Position numbers and translations under genes: made by a program. Below the pieces are notes generated by a model. It was not told where the DNA came from and did no database searches. It was given only the letters and a program-made list of their open reading frames with translations. A stretch of 64,000 nucleotides of DNA from positions 3,534,001 to 3,598,000 of the forward strand of contig BQFW01000002.1 in assembly GCA_020891255.1 (NCBI GenBank), in the 5' to 3' direction. Source of the stretch: Entomortierella parvispora E1425. Its lineage: Eukaryota > Fungi > Mortierellomycota. Positions 10,157-21,995 of this stretch are shown in pieces. Each line of letters starts with the position of its first letter. Position 1 is the stretch's first letter.

Positions 10157-12449
10157 CTACTTCTGTTCATCGGTGATGGCGTCGAGGGCTTCTTGGAAAC
10201 CACCAAGTAGGACATCTCTGTCCTCAAGTCCAACGGCAACGCGGATCAAATTCTTTTCGATACCATATTGGGCAGCCCAATCCAGCTCATAGTAGTGGGC
10301 CAAGATAGTGTAAGGACACGCCAAGGTGAAGTTTGTGCCCAGGGATGGACCCTTGTAGAATGGCAAGGCGTCAAAGAATTGAACGGCACCATTAGGTGCA
10401 TGAAATATGACGGAGAACAGACCACCGAATCCTGCCTTGCCCTCGACCTTGTGCGTCAGATAGTTGGCCGTGGTCACATATTTAGGATAGTAGACCTCTT
10501 TGACTGAGAATGAGAAAAAGATAAAAAAGAGATGTTCAGATGTCAGATTGAGTCACTGTTGCACGGAAAAACAAACCAGCCCCCCCCCCCCCAAAAAAAA
10601 AACTCTCCCTGATACACAAAAACAAGCCAGCTCATGTTTTTCTGTCATACCTTTAGGATGAGCCTTCAAGAATTCGCAAAGGGCTTCCGTGTTCTCATCA
10701 ATCCTGGCAATACGCTGCTGGAATGTCCTGGAGTTGCGCTCCATGAAGATGGCGTCTTCGACCCACATCAAATCCTCGTATTCGGTTTCCATGGCCGCCT
10801 TCAATCCCTTGTAGAACTTTCTCTGGGGGTTCAAGACCAAACTATCAGAATGTAAGAAAACCAAGCCAACCAATATCGGGTTAGTAAATAAACGCGCGAA
10901 GACCATGTGCGTATACTTTATCGCGTCAAGAAACAACAAGATCGGCAAACTCTCTGTGGTTCTTACCTTCCACCCATGACGTTGCTGTCACCGCTAAAGA
11001 TCTTGGAAAGGGACGAAACGACAATATCCGCATACTCCAAGATCCGCACGTTCACAAAGTTGCCCAATGTCTCGTCCACAATGATCATGAAGCCATACTT
11101 GTCGGCCAATTCGCCCAACCGAACCAGATTCGCAGACTTCAGCAATGGGTTCGAGGGGAACTCGCACAAGAGCGCCACGATCTTGTCTTCCTCCTTCACG
11201 TCCTCGCCCAGTGTTTTTTCCAAAATCTCCTTCTCTAGGATCTCAATATCGGCATCTTCACCGTGTCCATAGAAATAACATCCAGGTCCAAACTTTTGCA
11301 ACACCTTGAGCGAGTCTGTGTAAGGGAATCCAAAGCAGATGCTCTTGCGCTCTGGGAACAAGGTTAGAGCGATGCGATGAGCATTGTAGATGGCTGACAT
11401 GCCAGTTGGGTACAAGTACACGTCGTCCTCTGTCACGTACTCGCTCGCGCCGTTCCAGTTGGAGCGCACATGATGGGCTACCTGAGAAGCAATTCGTCGA
11501 CGCAATGCCACCTTGGCCTTGGGAGCAAAGGACAAATCCAAGTTGCGTCCATAGCGCTCTTCCACATAGACTTCATAGTCACAGTTATCCATCCCGTCCA
11601 CAGCTTCCTCCACAGGGCGATCTTCGTCATCCTCTTCCTTGTCATTCAATCCCAAGGATGAAACAGCTCCGGTAAGATCTGCTCCTGCAGGCGTCTTTGC
11701 GGAGGTGGTAGTAGTGGCTGCAGAAGCTGAGGATGAGTAGTGGCGGTTTCCTCTTGGCATACGGATTGAGGCGGGGGCGGCAGTTGCGGCAGCGGCGGCG
11801 GTGTCCTCCTCCGCTTTCAAAGACAACCAGCGAAGACAATGAGTTGCGAGACGAGAACTGACAATGTCGCCAGCGTGTTGCCAAAACTGTTTTGCGATTC
11901 CATGGGCTTCCTTGACGAAAAAGGTTGCAAAGACCTTGACCTGCTTTGGCGCGCCAGGTCGGATTTCGGATGCTGGGGCGTAGATGGTGAATTCAACAAT
12001 GCGGACGGCAGGTCCCTCAGTGTAGTATCGCTCCAGGAAGCTCCGACACCGCTCGGCGACGCGGCGGGAAGGCCAGAGGAAACAAGCCTCGGATGGCTTG
12101 CCGAACTTTTTCTCACAGATCGCGATGAGCTGGTGGATTCCATTGGCGGAGAGCGTGGTGTAACGGGATCATCGATTATCAGTCAGTCTGCAGGGAAACT
12201 AAATCAAAAACGAAGGCGGCTGGCTGGCGGGATCGATCTTACCTCCTTGACCTTGAGGGCGACAAAGAAGCGTGGGTATCCAGAGACCATGGCCTGGACG
12301 ACGCGAGGAGCGGCTTCTTCGTAGTCGACATTGTCCTTGAACGTGGGCAGAGAGACAGAGATGGCGTGGGGCACGCTGGGGACCGGGGTGCCGAGGGGTG
12401 CCTGCTCCGGACGCACGCCGGAAGCAGGGGTGATGTGACTGGTGGTCAT
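10157..12449 (-). CDS. STR2: Cystathionine gamma-synthase (PLP-dependent, Cys/Met metabolism family), multi-exon
   Basis: LGTPVPSVPHAISVSLPT, GYPRFF, VYLYPTGMSAIY, FGFPYTDSLK, CEFPSNPLL, VDETLGNF, VSSLSKIFSG (PLP lysine), KGPSLGTNFTLACPY, LIRVAVGLE. Confidence 0.93.
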
Positions 12450-12532
12450 GAAGTGGAATGTAAGTAGGAATGGAATGAATGAAAAGATGAGAACAAAGAG
12501 GTGAGCCGAGCAAGGAATGAGAACGAGAAAAG

Positions 12533-12586
12533 AGAAGAGAGTGAAGAGAGTGAAGAGAGTGAAGAGAGCGAAGAGAGCGAAGAGAG
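12533..12586. repeat. 9-bp minisatellite (GAAGAGAGT/C)n in the STR2 5' region
   Basis: Tandem GAAGAGAGT and GAAGAGAGC units read directly. Confidence 0.8.
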
Positions 12587-12915
12587 AGAGGAAAAGGAAA
12601 GAAGGAAGCGAGCGGGCAAAGGACCAAAGTGAAAGAGAACTTCGCCCAAGAGAGTTTCTGATTTTGAGTCACTCTCACTCCGCACAAATCGCGTGATTGC
12701 CGTGCGATGGAGTGATTTAATGTGACTTGGCTGCCCTCCCTTGCCAGGGTAGCGTTGCCACCAATTCTGTCTTTTGTTCTTACCTGGGTTTCGCTTGGTT
12801 CTCCTTCCTTGCTTCCTTGCTTCCTTGCTTGGCATGTATGCATGCATGCATGCATCTTTGTTTCTGCTCTGATCTGCTCTCTTAATCCTTCTGCTGTCGC
12901 ATTCTCCTCGACCCG

Positions 12916-15900
12916 ATGACGCCCATCATCCCCTCCAGGGAAGCCAGTCTCGGTCACTTCCATCGCTTGCCCGACATCCTCACATTGGATTGCATCTTTG
13001 TCCACCTCGAGCCAAAGGTACCTGTCGAACAGCTTCGCCTCCCTGGTCCAGCCGTACATCCATACTCTCTACTCACCTCTTGCTTTTTTTCTCCTGTCTT
13101 TGTCTTGCAGGAACTCTGTGTTTTATCTGAAGTGTCTCGCTATTTGCACGTTTTTGCCCGCAATGACCGACTCTGGCGCCGACTCTTTTTTGCTTCTCGG
13201 GACCCCTCAGCATTGAGGCTTGTATTCAGAGGCACCTGGCTCTTGACCTTTCTATTTTCCCAGCCCAAGGACGATGCAGCATTTTCCTCTCATCCACTAG
13301 CGACTCATCCAATTCAAGTGCACGGTATGAGATCAATTGGCCCTTGACTGCTTACCTTGCCTCTGTTACTTTATTTTTCTTTTGGACCTGACTGAGAGTC
13401 GAGACAAACCTTTTCTTTTGATATCCCAACAGGCGTCGTATCGGAATATCTCCATCAGCAATGGATAAAGAGCAACATGTATTTTGGTCAATTCTATCCC
13501 CCGCCCGCCCTCCCGCCTAAGCCAACAAACAATTTTCATCAACTACAGCTGCGACCTATTCCGGTTGAAGATTACCAGCTACTGGATCGGGAAACCTTTT
13601 ATAGACGATATGGATACCCTAATCAACCAGTCATGCTCCGAAACTCTGGGGTTGAATCGTGGCCTGCATGGGAACAATGGTCCTTGGATGCACTGCTGGC
13701 AAAGGTAAGGATAAATGGTGCTCGTGTAGTAGATTGCATCAGGCAGGAAAAATAGTGGTTGTACTGATTGTAAAAATTGGCCGAAATAGCACGGAAATAC
13801 ACCATTCAGGGTCTCAAACATTGACAGCAATACGGAACCAACTTTTCTTTTGGAATTCCAAGACTTTGTTCATTATGTGCGCCATAACAAGGATCTGGAT
13901 CCTCTATACCTTTTTGATCCCCGGTTTGCAGACACTGTTCCAGAAATGGAGACTGCGTACGAGGTATGTTGCTAATCACAGACGATGTCCGTTGTCCAAA
14001 GAGCGTGCTCTCTTCAATTACTTTTCCAGAACTGACAAATGACATTACTTTTATCGAATGTAGGTACCCAAGTACTTTGATCTGGATTATTTTTCACTTT
14101 TGTCGCCAGAAGCCAGACCGCCCTATCGTTGGATGTTGATTGGGCCACAGAGGACAGGTGCACCATGGCACACAGATCCGTCCGGAACTTCAGGTAAGAA
14201 GCTTGCTAGGACAAGGAGTTTGTATGGGGGGTTTATTTTCAAAATCAAAAGGGACCTCTTGTCACTAAAATACTTATTCTCTCCAGCCTGGAATACCCTT
14301 CTCTCTGGACACAAGCGCTGGGCATTGTAAGAAAGACTCTGCTCCTGGAAACACCGTGCCTCTGTGTTTCTCGAAATACTAACCAACATAAAACCCACAC
14401 TTGTGGATATAGATACCCTCCTCATATTATCCCACCTGGCCATGATCCAACTTCTCCAGATCGACTCACCTCTGTATCGTGGTACCTGGATGTATACCCC
14501 TATCTTGCTCCAGAATTGCGGCCGCTGGAGATTGTACAATACCCCGGGTATGAACAGATCTTACAGAAATTGGATATGACCCATTCTTTGGACAGGGTAT
14601 TTATTTGTAAACCTGGCTAATATCTCCCCGCCATCATCACCCTCTTTTATTTAGACAAACCATTTTTGTCCCTTCAGGATGGTGGCATATGGTGATAAAC
14701 ATGGATGACACGGTGGCCGTTACCCAAAACTTTGCAGATGAAGCCAACATTTTACAAGTACGACGATCGATGCTTTCAGACCCCAGTGAACTCACACATG
14801 TACAAAGGAGAAATGAACTATTCCATGCTTCCGTCCTTGAGCACTTTTTTTTCGATCCTAATATCTTTCTCTTGCATGTCATCCCATTGATTAGATTCGA
14901 AGATGGGAGATATTGCGGGAGAAACTGGCTGAAATACGGCCAGATCTCGCTCCTGCTGTTGGCATTCATCCTGAAGAGTCGATTCTGGAGACCTTGAAGA
15001 AAGAAGCATCCTGGGTAGACCCATTGGGTCCAGATTCAATATTGACATGGAAAGGACGTGTCCAGGATGTGATAAAAAGCACTCTGGGATCCGCTTATGA
15101 AGGACCTATTTCGTCTATTCATGGCGGACAGAATGTGGTATGGCCACAACCTAGTGCGGTCGAGGACGTTGTTCTCATCGCTCTTGAGTATAGAAAACTA
15201 ATGGTTCATCTCTCACACGGCTATTCTTTTCTGGCATTTATTCTTTAGTGTTTTCTGACTGACCGTGGGTTTATCAAGTTCTTCACTCCAATGCACGAGG
15301 GCTTGGAAAGCTATAAAGCTGAAGTCGTGTCGAATGAGATTATTCTACATTCTTCCATTGCATCAACGGATCCAATTCTCCTTTCGCCAAAAGTTCTCGG
15401 GTATGGGTATCTCTTGGACGAGAAGGATGCACTAGAGCAATGGCGATGGCCATTTATTGTCACCGAGATTGCACGATCATCCAAAAACGAGAGCCTTGAA
15501 ATTGTGCCTGCAGAAGACTATCTTCCGCTCGATGAATCTGGTTACAGGAATCTTTTAGAACCACTGATGCGGACTCTACATCGTAAGGCGACAGTATCTT
15601 TCGATTTTTCCGTCATGTTTGTGGTGTGCTTGTCAACAGGAAACTGACCAAGGCTCTCCCTCGCCCTTTTGCGATGTAGACTATCACAGGCATCCACTTC
15701 CATCAAGCGTGGGCGGAGATCAATCAACAGATCAGTTTGAGCAGCGCTTACGGTCCGCGGTTATGAATCACATGCGCTGGCGCGTCTTTCCTAAACATTT
15801 ACTCACGTCTCTACCAGAATTCCTCCCAAATGACTCCAAGGCCGTGTTTGATCCTTTGCAGGGCCACAAGGTAGCAAGCCTTGTCCATGGAGACATCAGT

Positions 15901-16308
15901 CCAAGCAACATTCTAGGTTCTCTCTCGTCCCTATCCTCGACCTCTTCCTTTTCTTCCTTTTCCTCCCCTCTTGACTCGAGGCCACATTTCACTCCAGAGA
16001 TGTTGATTGATTTCGGAGATGCGTCTCTACAGACGGATCCGCTTCTCGATTACATCTCTGTGTTTGTCACTGTGATGAACTGTCGGCAAGAAAAAACTCT
16101 GATAGACCTACTGCTGAAGCACTGGGAGGATCTGCCCTCTGGAAACGGAACGCAAGAAAAAGCAAGTCTTCGCCGCCGGTGCATGTGGCACGTCCTGATG
16201 TGGCCAAGTGCCGGTCTGAGCATGCATCTGGTTCGTTGTATCCCCAACATTGGCGAGATGGAGACATGGGACGACGTTGAGCAAGCTGTCTTTGGTTGGT
16301 GGAATTGA
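12916..16308 (+). CDS. F-box + JmjC (JMJD6-like) + aminoglycoside-phosphotransferase/kinase-like protein, multi-exon
   Basis: F-box-like [17 protein letters not shown]|[20 protein letters not shown]; Jmj[65 protein letters not shown] (HxD...H); C-terminal [12 protein letters not shown] and LIDFGDA. Confidence 0.88.
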
Positions 16309-16574
16309 TCTCGCCTCTCTTGCATCGTCCCTTTTTTTTTTTTTTTTTTTTGCATTTCTTTCATCCTTATTGTCATCCGTGAAATAGCCATGGAAAATAA
16401 ACGCAACAGAACAGAAGGAAAGGTTGTAGAAATAACGTGTCAATTTTTATGCATCGGTGATATCGAAAAAAAAGTGAATCCTGGTATTTTTTTTCCTATC
16501 ATCCTCTCCCTCGCCCGCCCTCGTTCGGTCCATGGCGCCCTCCAATAAATCCGCCTGTTTATCTTCCTGATAAC

Positions 16575-17680
16575 TTAAGCGACTCTTCCGCTCTGCGAAT
16601 AAAAGAAAAACAAAAGAGCAACATTGTTAGAAAGAAAGAAAACAACAGAGATCCATTGCCCCGCTTCATCATCGTCTTTTGGTCCAAAACAGCCACTTGA
16701 ACCTACCACGAGCAATCCAACGATCAGCCCGAAAAGTCCGACTATACTGCCGAAAATCTCAATGACCAAGACCTTGACAAAGAGCTGTCCATCCTGAGCA
16801 TCCGCCAAAGCAGCACTGCTTCCAGTGATACCAACGGAAACACCGCAGACCAAGTTGCACATTCCTGTTGTCAATCCAGCCCAGAAGAGAGCGAATCCTG
16901 AAACAAGCAAATCCCACATGTTGAAAAATAAGAAAAGAAATTAGATTAGATATTGGTCGAATCGCTGCTGGACGCGTGAGGTGCATGCACTCTGTCTTCT
17001 TATTTTTTTTGACATCTCTTACCCTTGTAGTACATCTCTGAGGATGTAATATCGGAATTCTGGACATTGTTCAACTTTGCAGTGAAGACAATGGCCATGA
17101 TCAGTCCATAAATGGCGACGACCTCGCAGAAAATAATACTAGTCAAGGGTAAGGATGCAAAAAAAAAAAGGGTCAGCGACAAAGTCCTCAAGAGGGGTGC
17201 AGGGGAGCGACAGGAGGTGTCCATGACCGTTCTTCCTTTGTCCGACGTAGGGGAAGCGAGAGTGGAATGATGATGATATATACCTGATCAAGTTCTTGGT
17301 AACGATTCTGGGTGCACGCACACCACCTCCGACCAAACTCGCTCCAGTGATGAAGATTCCCCTATGGACAAACAAAACAAGAAACAGGTTAGCATGCCGT
17401 ACCTTTCCATGCAAAGTCGAAGCAACAGAGACAACGAAAGGGGAGAGGGGAGAAATACTCACCAGGCAGCACCTCCAACACTGAGACCGACACAGAGGGC
17501 GATGCCGAGAAGGGACCACATGTGAGGACTGATGGACATCAAGAACTCGCCAGGGTTGAATTGTTCACCAGAACCCGTCAGCAGCATGTAAAGACCGACG
17601 AGACCCAGGCCCGAGATGGATAGGTATGGGAACAATGAGGACACGCTGGTGCCGCCCCCCTGAGAAGAGTACACGCCCAT
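16575..17680 (-). CDS. VMA16: V-type ATPase proteolipid subunit c'' (5 exons)
   Basis: [19 protein letters not shown]|[25 protein letters not shown]|[54 protein letters not shown]. Confidence 0.96.
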
Positions 17681-18096
17681 GGCTTATTTTGTGTTGGTGG
17701 AAAGGAAGAACGTAATGTGTTGGTCGTTCGAGTGGCTCAAGGTGAACGAATAAAAGAGAAGAGAGCTTGTTCCTGAAGGTGTGTTTCCTGAAGAGTCGCG
17801 CTTGATTGAAGGAGTCAATAGAGCAAGGAATGAGAACACGAGGATGGAAGGGTGACAATTTTAAATGTCGACAATGGGATGGCCCAGCATGCAGTCGACT
17901 TGGTGACGCTGAATTTGAGATTGGCCCCTTAACATAATCAGATAACGTGATTCTTCCTCTCTTCGCGAATCGCGTTCTTTTTTTTTTTTTTTTTTTTTTT
18001 TTTGGGCGGCGCAAGGTCGGAAAGAAGAACGTTTCTGTTTTGCAACTTTTATTGTGGCCCCAAGAAAGAGGCGGGAATATATTGTTTAGGAAAGTC

Positions 18097-21000
18097 TCAT
18101 ACAAATATCATCGAAGCCACGAAGGTAGCCAGGATCGTGAACAACAGTGTATGACCCTAAAAATGGGATCAAAGAAAGGAAATAAAAACATAGAAAGAAT
18201 TAGGCCTTCTACTTCAACCTCTTGCTTTTGAGCAACATAGGAGAAACCCCCGTTAAAGGATGTTATAACTTACCCCTGGAACAGTCGTAGAAACTGCATC
18301 ATTTGTTCCAACGGACCCATTTCCGGGGAAGGACCCGTTTGTCGTTCCGTCACCACCTGGTCCTGGTTGGTTTGAAAGGTTGGGCAGCAAAGTGATATTG
18401 GATAGGGTATTGTACACATTTGAGGGCTGAGCAAACCCGACTGCCAACGAACGGTAGTCAAAGACGCTATAAACATTCTTCATAAACGACATTCCAAGGA
18501 TCCAATCCTATTCCAGAGAGAAGATAGAGAGCACATGCTTCGGTTAGTGCTCAAAGGACAAAAAAAAAAGGTTCGGCCCAAGCAAACATCCACAGTTCAT
18601 CCCTCCACCCTCTCTTACCGTATCTGAAGACGTAGACACGTCGACGGCGCTTTTGCAGTATTCTGCATAGCCTGGAATCCTGAACAAAATCACCAATTCT
18701 TCAGCGGGTACCCGGAACTGTGAACCAGCGATCGTAAAGTTCAGATCGCCTGCACTGGTATTACAGGGCAAGATCCACCCCACTCCTGGAGCATCAATCG
18801 AGCCTGGGATGTTATCATGGAAGATCGATGCCACTTTAGTCGGGACAACAATCAGCGAGGTACCTACAAATGAAGAAACGCGATAGAGTGTTAGAGGCTT
18901 CAGTTGCTGGGGAGACTCAAATCAGGGCCAGATTTCATCGAAAGAAAACTCTCCCTTCATACCAGAGTCAATCAGAGCGTTGCCAGAGAGGCCTAAATCC
19001 TTGCCGCCGATCGATACACCTTGGAACTTAATCATCCACGCGTTCTTGTCGACAATTGGTGACCATGTAAAGTTCCCTACATATTTAGTCGTGTCCACAC
19101 CGCCAAAGATCACAGCTCCACCGGATCCTGCATTGGAACCGCCGACACGCTGACGACCCAACCATATAGAAAAGATCGGCTGTGTCAACACGCTCTTGGC
19201 CAACATTGTCTCGAAAATGGTCACGTAATCTAATGAAAGAGAGAAATAGTCAGTGAAAGAGCGAAAGGAAAGAAGAAAAAAAAAGAGGCACTTTTTCATT
19301 GTTCACACAGAAAGTACAAGCTCCAGAGCACTGGAGAATTAGAAACGGACGGAAAGTGGGTATTACCTTTCACATAAGCAACTCGACCAAAGCTAAGACC
19401 GAGCACACCTTCGACACCCTTCTTGGCAATCGTCGAGTTGTCGACAGAGGCCATACCAAAGGACTGGTTGGCCACTGTGATGTCCGAGAGAAGGATGCTA
19501 TCCTATATTTCCAGAACGGAAAAACACAGCAATAGATGTCAGAGAGGCAAATGGCATGTATCATGAGACGCGTTTGGTTTTGACCGTCGAGAGGGAAGGA
19601 GGACGCGGGGCATTAACTTACCAGGCCTGTAACTCCACTGACATGAGAACCATCGCCATAGTTGACATCCAAAGTCTTTCCCTCAACATGATAAGTTCTA
19701 GAGGAGAAAAGAGAAACAAATGTGGCGTTAATGTGTGGGTGACACTTTAGGTTGTTTCGGAAAAGGCATGTCTTGTCATGGCATCAGGTTTGGCTTTGGC
19801 AAAGGAGGGTCCACATTCTAGATATAAAAAAACATACTTGGACGCGGTACTGTTGTATCGGACCAAAGTCAAACACGTCGGCGTGTTGCAAGCAACTGAT
19901 GGCACCCAGAGGTCACTGCTACCCGTATCAAAGATCATGGAGAAGTTCTGAGGTGGAGTGCCAATGGCAATTGTGCCTGTAAGGAAGCGAGGGGAGGAAA
20001 AAAATGAACGTTATTATGTTGGTCATAAAAATAGAGACAGCGTTCAAACAAGTAGTTTGGACGAAGACTGGGGTTTCAACGCTAGATACCCCCCAGAAGA
20101 GCATCCACGATGAACACGTTGATAAAAAACGTTGCCCTTGCGACGCGTCTCAAAGCATGGAAAACACGCGACTGGGCGCAATCCAGCCGAACCATGGTGG
20201 TCTGTTTGTCTTACCAATGTACTGATGATGGTGGTCAGTGGGCGCATGAGGTGCGAGCAAACGGTGAGCATTTACACGACGGAGAAAAGAGCATTGAAAG
20301 CGGCAGGGCAGGAACCGACCGCCAGCAGAGGGAGCGGAGACGTAAAAAAAGAGAAATGAAACAATAATAGTCAGCTTTGTGAGCAGGTCCAACAACAAGG
20401 TACTTTTTTAGTTCTCATCCATGAATTTCTTATTCCTCCAAAGTAGATAGATAGGCTGCCGTGGCACCATCACCTTTTCCACCTCTTCCCTGGTGAAGGT
20501 CTCGGGAGAGAACAATTGCGAAAGACATGGAAATAAAAGAAAAAACTGAGGAGGAGGAGGAGGAGGAGAGGCATTGGAGAGGAAAAGGAAAAGACATACC
20601 ACTGTATCGGCGAGAAGATCTTGAAGGGGGATGCTGATAATCTTTGGCTTTGGGGTACTAGAAGTGCCGTTCTTGGCATGGCTTGAACCACCCTTTGCCT
20701 TGGACGTGATTGTCAACAGTTTCCCCTCGTCTTCCTGAATGCTGTCGTTTTTTTGGGGAGTCGATAGAGAGGAGGATGACCCAGAGTGGGAGTCTTGTTG
20801 GGTACTTTTCTCTGGGAGTTGATAGAGGGTGGCTCCCTCTGGTGGTTCATAGATTCTCGAGCGCCGCACAAGCTTTGTGCTCGAAGGATGTGGCGATGAT
20901 CCTTCGAGGGCAATTGGCTCAGAGGCGGCTGCAGTGGCAACACGTTCCGTCAAAGAGACGAAGGAAGGCGCCTCCACTAGTGCCGCGGCTTGATTTAGGC

Positions 21001-21223
21001 CAGAAGCAGATGCGCCAGAAGAAAGGAGCAGGGACGAGACCAGAAATAGAACGCCCAGACGAACGGGGCCCCACCCCCTACTAACAGAGGATGTATGTTG
21101 CGAGAAAGAGGACGAGGAAGCGGTGGAGGAGGTGGTGGAGAAAGTGGAGGGGCTGTTGGAAGATCTATTCCTGTGAGACGAATGGCAACGCGCCTTCCTC
21201 GTGTGCGCCCGTGGACTTGACAT
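18097..21223 (-). CDS. Pepsin-family (A1) aspartic protease, probably GPI-anchored, multi-exon
   Basis: Catalytic motifs [13 protein letters not shown] and ALIDSG|TSLI; [28 protein letters not shown]; hydrophobic N-terminal segment; last exon [19 protein letters not shown] forms a hydrophobic tail. Confidence 0.9.
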
Positions 21224-21455
21224 GGGTGATCACTGTGTCTTTGTGAATGAACCTGCTCCCTGGTTTAGATTCTGTGCCTGTAGGGGAGAGTAAGGTGGAG
21301 AAGAAGAGTTTCGTTCGTTGTGGCAATTGTCGATTGTCGATGAACGGCGGTCCTCGCTTGGGGTTGTACAGAAGAGTGGACGACCAGTGGAGGAGAATGA
21401 ATGGGGCAAGTGCAAATGAAGGGCAGAGAGAATGAATGCACTCTGAGATGGAAGT

Positions 21456-21608
21456 CAAGATGCGAGGTGGTCAAAGATGCATGCGAGGATGAAGCAAGGG
21501 ATGGATGGATGGCCGTCTGGTTGAATGACCAAGATGCGAGGTGGTCAAAGATGCATGCGAGGATGAAGCAAGGGATGGATGGATGGCCGTCTGGTTGAAT
21601 GACCAAGA
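21456..21608. repeat. Perfect 74-bp tandem duplication (2 copies plus 5 nt)
   Basis: 21456-21529 is identical to 21530-21603 (CAAGATGCGAGGTGGTC...GGTTGAATGAC). Confidence 0.95.
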
Positions 21609-21995
21609 GTAGATGGATGCAACTATGATAGATGTCGATTGTGTGGAGAAAAAGAACGGCGAGAGGGACGAACGGGATGTTTCGTCGGCTGTTTCGTTCG
21701 TCGGTTGGACAGACAGACGGGCAGCCAGGCACACAACACCCATGCCTCCCAACGGTCGGCAGCTCCTTTCTTTGCCTTCCATGCCTTCCTCGACGCCAGA
21801 CCATAAAAATTAATTCAATGGTTTCTTCTTTACTGGACGCTGCCAAAGGTTTAAACTGTACAAAAGGGGGGAAACGAAGGAACCATTGGGAACAGACAGG
21901 ATATATAGATATGTACAGCCACGACCTCCACTCTGAGAGAACACATGTGACAACAAACCAACAAAAAAAAAAAAATGAACAAACAGTGTGGACTT

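Noticed and set aside
15583-15652. U12-type or 46-nt mini-intron (GTATCTTT at 15594 to AG 15639) in the JmjC gene
   Set aside because: No U12 branch site is visible, and an ordinary GTAAGG..AAG intron (15583-15652) restores the same frame; cannot be decided without cDNA.
21456-21608. CRISPR-like array
   Set aside because: Directly abutting copies with no spacers, in eukaryotic DNA.
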